From positions 1-53,183 of the forward strand of contig CALBVZ010000020.1 of assembly GCA_937969445.1 (NCBI GenBank): a stretch of 53,183 nucleotides of DNA, written 5' to 3'. The DNA is from an uncultured Octadecabacter sp. Lineage in GTDB: Bacteria > Pseudomonadota > Alphaproteobacteria > Rhodobacterales > Rhodobacteraceae. A model generated the notes under the pieces. That model had not been told where the DNA came from, did not search any database, and saw only the letters and a list, made by a program, of their open reading frames with translations. Below are positions 20,868-30,684 of this stretch, piece after piece (within the stretch, counting starts at the first letter, position 1; every line of letters starts with the position of its first letter). Position numbers and translations under genes: made by a program.

Positions 20868-21439
20868 GTGTTTACTCCGGTCAATCGATCAAGGGCGCGC
20901 AGGACAGTGGAATGCGCTGTGTTGGGGTCGGTGCTTCGCGACAGAGCTGCCCGTAAATAGAGCCCGTCAATTAGTGCTGCGAGGGTTGTCGCATCCTCAA
21001 CTGGTGTCGATGACAATGACCGAAGCGCGTGTGTCAGGTTGGCTTGTAAACGTCGTTGATACAGCCGCAAAAGGCGATGCATATCAGGCTGGGTTGTCGC
21101 CTGCGAATACAGCGTCATCCACGCACAAACAGTCGCCGGATCAAAACATGACGGGGCAAAAGACGCGGAAATCAGGGCTTCTGCACGCTCGCGCGGCGTT
21201 GATGCATCACGTAAACGATCGCGCACCTCGACGCCAAAGTCGCGTAAGATGGCAAGCATCGCAGCAAGGAAAATCTGATCTTTACCGCCAAAATAATGAT
21301 GCGCGAGCGCCGAAGACATGCCTGCACTTTTAGCGATCTGACTTACGGTAACATCAAGCGATCCCTGCTCGCCGATACAATCGATCGTCGCTTTAACCAA
21401 AGCCGCGCGGCGTATAGGTTCCATCCCAAGCTTTGGCAT
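20864..21439 (-). CDS. betI: Choline-responsive TetR-family repressor
   Basis: MPKLGMEPIRR N-terminus and HTH; heads the bet operon. Confidence 0.93.
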   Translation of the reverse strand: MPKLGMEPIRRAALVKATIDCIGEQGSLDVTVSQIAKSAGMSSALAHHYFGGKDQIFLAAMLAILRDFGVEVRDRLRDASTPRERAEALISASFAPSCFDPATVCAWMTLYSQATTQPDMHRLLRLYQRRLQANLTHALRSLSSTPVEDATTLAALIDGLYLRAALSRSTDPNTAHSTVLRALDRLTGVNT

Positions 21440-21480
21440 AACGTCCTCATAAACTGTTGCCAAATGACTTAAATCGTTCT

Positions 21481-21502
21481 TTATTGACTCGTCAATCAAC
21501 AA
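21481..21502. promoter_or_regulatory. BetI operator between betI and choX
   Basis: Inverted repeat ATTGAC-TC-GTCAAT (21483-21496), similar to the E. coli BetI operator ATTGA...CAAT. Confidence 0.75.
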
Positions 21503-21525
21503 AAAAGACACTCAGGGAGAGTATC

Positions 21526-22449
21526 ATGAAATCTACCATCTCAATTCTTGCAATCTGCGCTGCAACAACAGCATCCGCAGACTGTGGCCTTGTTACGTTT
21601 TCCGATGTTGGCTGGACAGACATCACAGCAACAACCGCAGCCACGACCGTTGTTCTGGGCGCGCTCGGCTATGAGACCGACATCAAAGTTCTTTCCGTTC
21701 CAGTGACTTACACATCCCTTGCAGAAGGCGACGTTGACGTATTCTTGGGCAACTGGATGCCAACAATGGAAGGCGACATTGCGGCCTACCGTGAGGCCGG
21801 CACTGTCGACACCGTCCGCGCGAACCTTGAAGGCGCGAAATACACACTCGCCACAAACGCAGCTGGTGCAGCACTTGGCATCACATCTTTCGACGCGATT
21901 GCTGCGAATGCAGATGCGCTCGACGGCAAAATTTACGGCATCGAGGCTGGCAACGACGGCAACCGTCTGATCATGGACATGATCGCCGACAACGCATTTG
22001 GCCTCGGCGACGCTGATGTCGAAGTTGTCGAGTCCTCTGAGGCAGGCATGCTAGCACAGGTTGGCCGTTCTGATGATCGCGACGAGCCTGTTGTCTTCCT
22101 CGGTTGGGAACCACACCCGATGAACGCAAACTACGACATGACCTACCTTGAAGGTGGCGATGACTGGTTCGGCCCTGACCTTGGCGGCGCGACTGTGTTC
22201 ACGAACACGACTGCTGGTTACGTCGATGCCTGCCCGAATGTGGGTAAGCTTTTGACAAACCTAGAGTTCACGCTGGCCATGGAAAACGAAATCATGGGCG
22301 CAATCCTGAACGATGGAACTGACCCGAACGAAGCTGCAACAGCATGGATGGCCGACAACACGGACGTCGTAATGGGTTGGCTTGACGGTGTGACGACGAT
22401 GGATGGCGGCGATGCTGCTGAAGCCGTCAAAGCCGCACTGGGCATGTAA
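21526..22449 (+). CDS. choX: Choline ABC transporter substrate-binding protein
   Basis: Signal peptide, DVGWTD, LGNWMP, LGWEPHPMN; RBS GGGAG. Confidence 0.93.
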   Translation: MKSTISILAICAATTASADCGLVTFSDVGWTDITATTAATTVVLGALGYETDIKVLSVPVTYTSLAEGDVDVFLGNWMPTMEGDIAAYREAGTVDTVRANLEGAKYTLATNAAGAALGITSFDAIAANADALDGKIYGIEAGNDGNRLIMDMIADNAFGLGDADVEVVESSEAGMLAQVGRSDDRDEPVVFLGWEPHPMNANYDMTYLEGGDDWFGPDLGGATVFTNTTAGYVDACPNVGKLLTNLEFTLAMENEIMGAILNDGTDPNEAATAWMADNTDVVMGWLDGVTTMDGGDAAEAVKAALGM

Positions 22450-22458
22450 GAGACTGAT

Positions 22459-22488
22459 AAGGGCCGCTGAAACCAAGCGGCCCTTTTT
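22459..22488 (+). terminator. Intra-operon terminator or stability hairpin after choX
   Basis: GGGCCGCT-GAAACCA-AGCGGCCC-TTTTT. Confidence 0.75.
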
Positions 22489-22505
22489 CTATTTGGGGGA
22501 ACGGA

Positions 22506-23546
22506 ATGAGTATTTTTCAAAGCATCGGGAATGGGATCGTCGCATTTCTAAATGGCATTCTATGGTGCCTCACGGCGCTATGGGATTTCGCATTTTGGCT
22601 CGTCCCTGCCCTCATTTGGTTCGTCACATGGCTGCCGCAACGCTTACTTGGCCTTACGGACGAGAAACTTCCCGTCGGCGTCACAGCCCGTGCGGGGTTC
22701 GATTATGTCAAAGACGGCGCGGCCCCCTTTTTGGACGGATTTTCCGACCTAACCGAAGCCTTCATCGAATTCCTTCTGGCGCTATTGTTGCGCCCACCAG
22801 GGGTGAACTGGCTCGGCGGGCGCGGATTTGAGCCCTATATCTCAGGCTGGACCGAAGACACCCACGCCTTTCTGATCGTCGCGCTTTTCGCGCTTCTCGC
22901 CTACATCCTGCACCGCAAAATTACTGTGACGCTTCTGATCATCGTCGGCTTCTTATTCATCATCGACCAAGGCTACTTTGAAGAAACTGCTGAAAGCCTC
23001 AGCCTCGTGCTGTCTGCCTGCGTCGTTTGTATGTCTATCGGCGTGCCTATCGGCATCGCTGTGGCGCACCGCCCGCGTCTTTACGCATGGATGCGTCCCG
23101 TGCTGGACTTGATGCAAACGCTGCCAACCTTCGTTTACCTCATCCCCGCGATCGTGTTCTTCGGTATCGGCATGGTACCCGGATTGATCGCCACTGTGAT
23201 CTTCGTATTGCCCGCGCCGATCCGCCTGACCCAGCTTGGGATTTCCTCAACACCCAATGAGCTGCTGGAAGCCGCCGACGCGTTCGGTGCGACGAAACGG
23301 CAAAAGCTGTTCAAAGTGGAATTGCCATCAGCCCTGCCCCAGATCATGGCCGGATTGAACCAAACCATCATGCTGTCCCTGTCCATGGTCGTCATCGCAG
23401 CACTTGTCGGTGCCGATGGCCTCGGCGTGCCCGTTGTGCGCGCGTTGAACACTGTTGATACAGCGAAAGGGTTCGAAAGCGGGCTCATCATCGTGGTGGT
23501 CGCCATCATGCTCGACCGGTTGCTGCGCATAGGAGCGAAACGATGA
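22506..23546 (+). CDS. choW: Choline ABC transporter permease
   Basis: LDLMQTLPTFVYLIP; EAA loop EAADAFGA. Confidence 0.92.
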   Translation: MSIFQSIGNGIVAFLNGILWCLTALWDFAFWLVPALIWFVTWLPQRLLGLTDEKLPVGVTARAGFDYVKDGAAPFLDGFSDLTEAFIEFLLALLLRPPGVNWLGGRGFEPYISGWTEDTHAFLIVALFALLAYILHRKITVTLLIIVGFLFIIDQGYFEETAESLSLVLSACVVCMSIGVPIGIAVAHRPRLYAWMRPVLDLMQTLPTFVYLIPAIVFFGIGMVPGLIATVIFVLPAPIRLTQLGISSTPNELLEAADAFGATKRQKLFKVELPSALPQIMAGLNQTIMLSLSMVVIAALVGADGLGVPVVRALNTVDTAKGFESGLIIVVVAIMLDRLLRIGAKR

Positions 23547-24562
23547 AAGCTGTTGAATTCAAAGACGTTTCGATTGTGTTTGGTGACAAACCGGAAAGCG
23601 CATTGCCTCTGATGGACAAAGGCGGCGAGCGCGCCGAAATTCAGAAAGCCACAGGGCAGGTTTTAGGCGTACATAACTGTTCGCTCGACGTGGATGCTGG
23701 GGAAATTCTGGTGCTGATGGGCCTGTCTGGGTCTGGAAAGTCCACGTTATTGCGCGCCGTGAATGGATTGAACCCTGTGGTGCGTGGCGGCGTCGTTGTG
23801 CACGATGGTGACTGGGCTTGCGAAGTCGGCACCGCCCCCGCCAAAGACCTGCGCAAGCTGCGTCGCGAATGTGTCTCGATGGTATTTCAACAATTTGGCC
23901 TGCTGCCGTGGCGCACTGTGCGCGATAATGTGGGGCTTGGCCTCGAACTTGGCGGGATGAGCAAGGCTGACAAGACGCGTAAGGTAGACGAGCAACTTGA
24001 ACTCGTCGGCCTTGCGGATCGCGCGACTGCGCTGGTTGGGGAACTTTCAGGCGGCATGCAGCAACGTGTTGGCCTCGCCCGTGCATTCGTAACCGACGCC
24101 CCGATTTTGCTGATGGATGAACCGTTTTCGGCACTTGATCCATTGATCCGCACGCGCCTTCAGGATGAATTGCTTGACCTGCAACAACGCCTGAATCGCA
24201 CTATCATTTTCGTAAGCCACGATCTGGATGAAGCGTTTAAAATCGGCAATCGCATTGCGATCATGGAAGGTGGGCGCATCGTGCAATGCGGCACCCCACG
24301 TGAAATCTTTAGCCGGCCCGCAAACGGGTATGTTGCGGACTTCGTAGCCAATATGAATCCGCTTGGCGTGTTGTGCGCGCGTGATGTCATGATTGATGGT
24401 TCTGGCGGCCATAAGGTCGACGCCGAAACGCCAGTTTCCCAAGTTATTGACGATCTCTGTGAATTTGGCGCGTTGACCGTCACGGAAAACGGCAAGGCAT
24501 TGGGTCAAATCACGCAACGCAGCGTGCTGGCGCGGATCAGCCCAAAGGACGCAGGTTCGTAA
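23543..24562 (+). CDS. choV: Choline ABC transporter ATP-binding protein
   Basis: Walker A GLSGSGKS, LSGGMQQ, LMDEPFSALD. Confidence 0.93.
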   Translation: MKAVEFKDVSIVFGDKPESALPLMDKGGERAEIQKATGQVLGVHNCSLDVDAGEILVLMGLSGSGKSTLLRAVNGLNPVVRGGVVVHDGDWACEVGTAPAKDLRKLRRECVSMVFQQFGLLPWRTVRDNVGLGLELGGMSKADKTRKVDEQLELVGLADRATALVGELSGGMQQRVGLARAFVTDAPILLMDEPFSALDPLIRTRLQDELLDLQQRLNRTIIFVSHDLDEAFKIGNRIAIMEGGRIVQCGTPREIFSRPANGYVADFVANMNPLGVLCARDVMIDGSGGHKVDAETPVSQVIDDLCEFGALTVTENGKALGQITQRSVLARISPKDAGS

Positions 24563-24629
24563 AACCCGACTTGCGTGTTCCAGCAGGATCAGACCATCCT
24601 TACAAAGTATTTCCTAAGGATAATTCTAG

Positions 24630-25367
24630 ATGTTGCCATTTACCCGCCCCGCTTTGTTCGCCGCTGCCCTTACGGTTTTGTCTGCTTGTCAGTTAGAAAC
24701 TGGCGGAGCGCCGCAATCCTTTGAGGAAATGCAGGCTGAACGTCTGGTCGCAACCCAAGCCAAAGTTCAAAGCTGCCGCGACAGTGTCTGCGGGCGACTG
24801 AACCTCGATTCCGGATACCTTGAGGATTACGCACAGGTTGCCGAACTGGACCACGTCACTGCATTCATGGCCAGCTTCACAGATTTCAGTGACCTTGCTG
24901 ACATTGCTTCTATGGTTCAGCTCGATGAGCTGCATATCGGGCGGACGCAGGTCACCGACCTCAGTGGGCTTTCCAATTTCCCCAATCTGACACTGCTTCA
25001 TGCGCAAGACTTACGGGTGCAGGATTACGACGAAATCGCCCAGTTGCGAGGGCTACAAGAACTCGCACTCGGCGGGTCCGAAGTTGGGGACATGATATTC
25101 GTCAGCAAGCTCACGGCGCTGCAATCCCTAAACCTCAGCCGCGCTGAGGTTAGTAGCCTTGAGGCGTTGCGCCGCCATCCGTCCTTAGAAAAGCTTGATC
25201 TCGACTTGTCGACTGAGGCTGATTTTTCACCTCTCTTGACCATCCCGGGTCTAAAGGAAATATTCATCACGCCTTGGTCGTTGTCTGAAGAACAGCAAGC
25301 CGTGATCGACACATTAGAAGCCAAAGGCGTAACCGTGATGCGAGAGGTCGCTGTGATCGTTTGCTAA
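24630..25367 (+). CDS. Leucine-rich-repeat lipoprotein
   Basis: Lipobox LSAC; about seven 22-aa repeats such as DLSGLSNFPNLTLLHAQDLRVQ. Confidence 0.8.
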   Translation: MLPFTRPALFAAALTVLSACQLETGGAPQSFEEMQAERLVATQAKVQSCRDSVCGRLNLDSGYLEDYAQVAELDHVTAFMASFTDFSDLADIASMVQLDELHIGRTQVTDLSGLSNFPNLTLLHAQDLRVQDYDEIAQLRGLQELALGGSEVGDMIFVSKLTALQSLNLSRAEVSSLEALRRHPSLEKLDLDLSTEADFSPLLTIPGLKEIFITPWSLSEEQQAVIDTLEAKGVTVMREVAVIVC

Positions 25368-25912
25368 CCGCTGAGTTCAGCCCGCGCCGCTATGTTTTCA
25401 GCGGCTTGCGTCAAATCATGCACCAACGTTCCCGCCATTGACCGCATCACCATGACCTCGAAACTTTGGGCACCTAACCGTGTGATGCCACCTGTCATAT
25501 GATTGATCAGTGTCCGCGCTGTGTGGCCGCGTTTAAACTCGCTTGCGCGCAGATCTATCGGTGTCAGCCGCGCAAGAACGGCTGACGCATCGGCACCGTT
25601 TATCTGTACGATCGCCCAAGCGTCTGAGTGATCAACGCAAGCGGCCTCTGCCAAATCAGGGCACTCCGCCCCGATCAAAAGCGCCTGCTCCTTGCCACAC
25701 CACAACACGCGCGGGCTGGTCCCAACGCTTCGGTTTGGCGCTGGAAAACCCAAACCGATGGCAGTCTTCAATGCCGCTGACACCGTCTTTTGTTGCCCCT
25801 TATGGGGCGCGATTAGCGTTACTGGCCCAGCATCGACTTCCGTCAATGAAACTGTGCCAATCGTTTTTGGCAGCAGTCCAAAACAGGCTGTTTGAGCGAT
25901 CAAGTTAACCAC
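25364..25912 (-). CDS. soxG: Sarcosine oxidase gamma subunit
   Basis: DHSDAW, VLARLTPIDL, MRSMA; operon position. Confidence 0.9.
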   Translation of the reverse strand: MVNLIAQTACFGLLPKTIGTVSLTEVDAGPVTLIAPHKGQQKTVSAALKTAIGLGFPAPNRSVGTSPRVLWCGKEQALLIGAECPDLAEAACVDHSDAWAIVQINGADASAVLARLTPIDLRASEFKRGHTARTLINHMTGGITRLGAQSFEVMVMRSMAGTLVHDLTQAAENIAARAELSG

Positions 25913-28832
25913 GGGCTAGGCCCCCTTCAGGATCAAAGAAGACAGGATGGCACACCTCGCACAATACGTGATTGTTGCGTACGTGATCGACCAACATAAT
26001 GCGTTCACCGTAACGGTTTGGCCCGTCTTTCAAAAAGCCCATGCCGATGTCGTGCCCCAAGGTCGGTGAATGACAGACCGAACTTACATACCCTTGATCG
26101 TTCTCGCTCACGGCATCGGCCCCCTCGACGAACAAATGCGCACCCGCGGTCAATCTTCCATCATTTTCAACAGGTTTCAGCCCAACAAGCTGTTCTCTCT
26201 CTGGGTCAAGAAGCCCCTCACGGCGCGACATGGCATTGCCAATGCAGTCTTTCTTCTGGCTCACCATACGGTCAAACCCGATATCAAACGCAGTCACACG
26301 GCCATGGATTTCCGCATGCGTGATGAAGCCCTTTTCGATACGCAGCACGTTCAACGCTTCCATCCCGTACAACCCGCCACCCATGGCCTCAGCCTGCGCT
26401 GTAAGCAATCCAAACAGCGACGCACCAAAGCGCGCAGGTACGGCGATTTCATAGGCATGTTCGCCCGAGAACGAGATGCGGAACAGGCGCCCCTTCACCC
26501 CAGCCACGTTGACATCACCGCAGGCCATAAACGGCCAGCTTTCGTTGTCGATTTCCATATCGAGGATCGAGTTCAACAGCGCACGCGATTTCGGTCCAGC
26601 AACAGCGAACTGCGCCCATTGTTCCGTAACAGAGGCAAAGCGCACATCAAGATCAGGACGCAGCGCTTGGCTCACCCAATCGAGGTGTTTCATCACCTGC
26701 CCCGCAGCGGCAGTCGTCGTTGTCATTACATAATGATCTGGCCCCAGTCGCGCCGTGGTGCCATCGTCCATGACATGCCCATCTTCACGCAGCATTAAGC
26801 CATAACGCACACGGTTTTCTTTCAGGCTAGAGAACGTGTTACAGTACACGAAATCAAGGAACTCAGCGGCGTCGGGCCCCTGAATGTCGATTTTCCCCAA
26901 AGTGGAGACATCGCAAACACCAACATGGTTACGCACCATGTTTACTTCGCGATTGCAGGCCTCAAGCCATGTGGTTTCGTTGGGTTTCGGAAAATAACTG
27001 GCACGATACCAAAGGCCAACCTCGATCATTGGCGCATTGCGATCGACGCTCGCGATATGGGACGTCAGGTGGCGTTCCGGGGCAAAGCCGTGACCTTGCG
27101 ACCCAGCACCCATCGCCGCGATTGAGACCGGCACATAGGGGGGGCGGAAGGTGGTCGTGCCCGTCTCAGGAATGCCGCGCCCGGTCGCATCAGCCAGCAC
27201 CGCGAGGGCGGCCACGTTGGAGTTTTTACCCTGATCCGTGGCCATGCCCTGCGTCGTATAGCGTTTCATATGCTCAACGCTGCGGAAGTTCTCTTGCGCT
27301 GCCAAACGCACATCTTTCACATGCACATCGTTCTGAAAATCAAGCCATTTTCGACCCTTACCGTCCACCTGCCAGAGTTCTTCGATGTTGTAGGCATCGT
27401 CCTCAGCGGATGGAGTGGCGACTTTTGGGGCGGGTAGATCAAGCGTCTTTATAGTCGCTTTCGCGACCGCGATCCCATCTTTCAGGCAGCCCAGCGTTGA
27501 GAACTTTCCACGTGCAGCACCCGCGACAGCCATGTCTGGAATTGACCCATCGGTCGGCACGAAACTTAGAATGTCCTCGGACCACGTTGGCCGCCCATTC
27601 ATATGACAGGTTAGATGAACCGACGGGTTCCAACCACCTGACATCGCAAGGCAATCTGTTTCAATTTCATGGGTGCCATGTGCGTCTTGAACGGTGATGC
27701 TTTGCAAACCATGCCGCCCTTTAGTGGCAATAACCTGCGCGCCTGTGTACAGTGGGTAGTCCCCGTGTGATTGCGCGTCTTCACGGCTGTCGATAACACC
27801 TGCAACACGCACACCCGCGTCGATCAAATCCACTGCAGTGCGGTGTGCGTCATCATTGTTGGCGAAGATCGTGATATCCTTACCAGCTGCGACGCCCCAA
27901 CGGTTCAGATAGGCTCGCACAGCAGAGGCGAGCATGATGCCGGGGCGGTCATTGTTGGGAAACGCGACGGGGCGTTCAAGCGCACCGGCACACAGGATCG
28001 AACGTTTGGCTATGATGCGCCAAAAGCATTCACGCGGCGCGCTAAGGGGCGCGTTTTGCTCGCTCACCTGCTCGAGTGCGCCAAACGTGCCTTGGTCATA
28101 TGCGCCTGTCACCGTCGTGCGCGGCATCAGGCGCACGTTGTCCATCTTCGACAGCGTCGCCAGTTGCGCTGCGGCCCAATCTGGTCCTGATTGTCCGTCG
28201 ATCTCACCTGTTTCAGCTAACAAACGTCCACCCATTTGGGTGTCTTCATCCGCCAAGATAACGTCAGCACCAGCCTTTGCCGCTGTAAGCGCCGCCATGA
28301 TACCCGCAGGCCCAGCGCCAATGATCAGGACGTCGCAATGGGCGAATGCTTTCTCGTATGTTTCCTCAACCGCGTCCCCTGACAGCGCCCCAAGACCCGC
28401 AGCGCGGCGGATAATCGGTTCATACAGTTTTTCCCAAAACGCCTTGGGCCACATGAAGGTTTTATAATAAAATCCAGCACTTAAGAACGGCGACGCCAGA
28501 TCATTCACCGCCATTGCATCGTGTTTCAGCGACGGCCAAGCGTTTTGGCTGTGCACCGAAAGCCCGTCATATAGTGATTGCGTTGTCGCACGAATGTTAG
28601 GATCTTGCCGCGCACCCTGCCCGATCGTGACCAACGCATTTGGCTCCTCCGATCCTGCCGTAAGCACACCGCGCGGGCGGTGGTATTTAAACGAGCGCCC
28701 CACCAGACGCACACCATTGGCCAACAACGCGGCCGCAAGCGTATCGCCTTCGCGGCCTGTGTATGGCGTACCATCGAAAGTGAAAGACAGTGTTGCGCCG
28801 TTTTGGTGCAATCCCTTACCTGCGATCCTCAT
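25905..28832 (-). CDS. soxA: Sarcosine oxidase alpha subunit
   Basis: RSFKYHRPRG, KRYTTQGMATDQGK, GcvT-like C-terminal domain. Confidence 0.95.
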   Translation of the reverse strand: MRIAGKGLHQNGATLSFTFDGTPYTGREGDTLAAALLANGVRLVGRSFKYHRPRGVLTAGSEEPNALVTIGQGARQDPNIRATTQSLYDGLSVHSQNAWPSLKHDAMAVNDLASPFLSAGFYYKTFMWPKAFWEKLYEPIIRRAAGLGALSGDAVEETYEKAFAHCDVLIIGAGPAGIMAALTAAKAGADVILADEDTQMGGRLLAETGEIDGQSGPDWAAAQLATLSKMDNVRLMPRTTVTGAYDQGTFGALEQVSEQNAPLSAPRECFWRIIAKRSILCAGALERPVAFPNNDRPGIMLASAVRAYLNRWGVAAGKDITIFANNDDAHRTAVDLIDAGVRVAGVIDSREDAQSHGDYPLYTGAQVIATKGRHGLQSITVQDAHGTHEIETDCLAMSGGWNPSVHLTCHMNGRPTWSEDILSFVPTDGSIPDMAVAGAARGKFSTLGCLKDGIAVAKATIKTLDLPAPKVATPSAEDDAYNIEELWQVDGKGRKWLDFQNDVHVKDVRLAAQENFRSVEHMKRYTTQGMATDQGKNSNVAALAVLADATGRGIPETGTTTFRPPYVPVSIAAMGAGSQGHGFAPERHLTSHIASVDRNAPMIEVGLWYRASYFPKPNETTWLEACNREVNMVRNHVGVCDVSTLGKIDIQGPDAAEFLDFVYCNTFSSLKENRVRYGLMLREDGHVMDDGTTARLGPDHYVMTTTTAAAGQVMKHLDWVSQALRPDLDVRFASVTEQWAQFAVAGPKSRALLNSILDMEIDNESWPFMACGDVNVAGVKGRLFRISFSGEHAYEIAVPARFGASLFGLLTAQAEAMGGGLYGMEALNVLRIEKGFITHAEIHGRVTAFDIGFDRMVSQKKDCIGNAMSRREGLLDPEREQLVGLKPVENDGRLTAGAHLFVEGADAVSENDQGYVSSVCHSPTLGHDIGMGFLKDGPNRYGERIMLVDHVRNNHVLCEVCHPVFFDPEGGLARG

Positions 28833-29089
28833 GTCGACTTCTCCGCCAGAACCGAGCCAGAAACTTCATGTGTCACCGTATTGCGCGTCACAACGATCCA
28901 CGCGCCGCATCCTGCCTCATGGTGCCACAAGTCGCGGGTCTCGCCCGCTGGGTTTTCGCGAAAGTGGAGGTAATTGTTCCAAGCTTGCGGATCAGCATCA
29001 CGTGCTGGGCGATCCAACATCCCAGCGTGACCTTGATAATAGAACTCACGGCGATCACGGTCACCACAGATGGGGCATGGTAGGCGCAT
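28829..29089 (-). CDS. soxD: Sarcosine oxidase delta subunit
   Basis: CPICG...WHHEAGC zinc site. Confidence 0.92.
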   Translation of the reverse strand: MRLPCPICGDRDRREFYYQGHAGMLDRPARDADPQAWNNYLHFRENPAGETRDLWHHEAGCGAWIVVTRNTVTHEVSGSVLAEKST

Positions 29090-29092
29090 CGT

Positions 29093-29296
29093 TTAATACA
29101 TCCCTTCACAAGATCCGGCAGAGGCCGCATTTAGACGATAAACTGTGGATTGCCCTGTCCCTTCTCTAAGGGATGAGGACGCCAAGTGATCAGCCGAATA
29201 AGTACGCGTAAAATATCCGACCTCGGGAATCGTGTTCGCCAGCGAAACACTGCTCGACAGACTGACAAGTGCGGCAAGGGCTAATTTGCGTTTCAT
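29093..29296 (-). CDS. Short exported protein inserted in the sox operon, possibly internally deleted
   Basis: Signal peptide MKRKLALAALVSLSSSVSLA; exactly fills the soxB-soxD gap. Confidence 0.55.
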   Translation of the reverse strand: MKRKLALAALVSLSSSVSLANTIPEVGYFTRTYSADHLASSSLREGTGQSTVYRLNAASAGSCEGMY

Positions 29297-29305
29297 TCGA
29301 ATACC

Positions 29306-30559
29306 TTAATGTAAATTATGTTGAGAGCCGGTGCCCTCTTCATCCATCAACCCAGCGCCCGTGCGGAACCGATCAAGACGGTAACGGGCAGCGGGGGCAT
29401 GGTGTTCACCTTTGGCAATCAAGTGCGCGTAGCTAAAACCCGACCCCGGAACAGCCTTAAAACCGCCATAACACCACCCGCAATTCAGGAAGAGACCCTC
29501 AGTTTGGGTTCTGTCGATAATAGGCGAGCCATCGGGCGACATATCCATGATGCCCCCCCAACTGCGCAATACGCGGGCCTTACCAATAGATGGCATCAAC
29601 GTCATCGCGGCATCCATCACGTGTTCTTTCATGGGAAGATTTCCACGTGCCGCGTAGGACGCATAGAAATCAAGATCGCCGCCAAACACCAAGCCACCCT
29701 TGTCAGACTGGCTAATATAAAAATGGCCCATGCCAAAGCTGATCACACCCGGCATAATCGGCTTAAGCCCCTCAGACACAAAAGCCTGCAGAACATGGCT
29801 TTCAATTGGCAGGCGCATGCCCGCCATTTGCGCAACTTGGCTTGAGCGCCCCGCCACAACAATTGCCACCTTTTTGGCGCGGATCGCCCCTCGGCTGGTT
29901 TGCACACCGCGCACTACGCCGCCTTCAACATCAATGCCCGTAACTTCACAGTTCTGGATAAGATCAACGCCGCGCTGGTCCGCCCCGCGTGCATAGCCCC
30001 ACGCGACAGCATCATGGCGGGCAGTACCGCCGCGACGATGCATCAAACCGCCATAAATCGGGAAGCGTACGTTATCGAAATCAATCATCGGTGCTTCGGC
30101 ACGCACCTGTTCCGGCGTTAGCAGTTCCGCATCATCGCCTTGGTTAACCATCGCATTCGCGCGTCGCGCGAACATGTCGCGTTGGCCATCGGAATGACAC
30201 AGGTTCATCACCCCGCGTTGGGACATCATGGTGTTGTAGTTTAGGTCTTGCTCCATCCCTTCCCACAGCTTGAGGGAATGGGAATAAAATTCTGAGTTGC
30301 CTGGCAGCAGATAGTTGGCGCGTACAATTGTTGTATTGCGCCCAACGTTGCCACCGCCAAGGTATCCTTTTTCAAGGACCGCAACATTGGTGATGCCATG
30401 TTCTTTGGCCAAGTAGTACGCCGTGGACAGCCCGTGACCGCCGCCGCCGATGATGATCACATCATACTCGGGTTTGGGGTCGGGATTGCGCCAGACGGGC
30501 TTCCACCCTTTTTGGCCAAACAAACCTTCTTTGATTACTTTAAAGCCTGAATAGCCCAT
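29306..30559 (-). CDS. soxB: Sarcosine oxidase beta subunit
   Basis: GGGGHG, GRNTTIVR, ARHDAVAWG. Confidence 0.95.
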   Translation of the reverse strand: MGYSGFKVIKEGLFGQKGWKPVWRNPDPKPEYDVIIIGGGGHGLSTAYYLAKEHGITNVAVLEKGYLGGGNVGRNTTIVRANYLLPGNSEFYSHSLKLWEGMEQDLNYNTMMSQRGVMNLCHSDGQRDMFARRANAMVNQGDDAELLTPEQVRAEAPMIDFDNVRFPIYGGLMHRRGGTARHDAVAWGYARGADQRGVDLIQNCEVTGIDVEGGVVRGVQTSRGAIRAKKVAIVVAGRSSQVAQMAGMRLPIESHVLQAFVSEGLKPIMPGVISFGMGHFYISQSDKGGLVFGGDLDFYASYAARGNLPMKEHVMDAAMTLMPSIGKARVLRSWGGIMDMSPDGSPIIDRTQTEGLFLNCGWCYGGFKAVPGSGFSYAHLIAKGEHHAPAARYRLDRFRTGAGLMDEEGTGSQHNLH

Positions 30560-30684
30560 GCCGCCCTCTTGACCGATCCCGTCAAGACAACCCTACGGCA
30601 GTCCGCCCTGCTTGCAACGCACATTTCGACATATACCGGACCACCAGCGACCTCGGTGAACATAAGCCCACCGAGGGAGAAATG

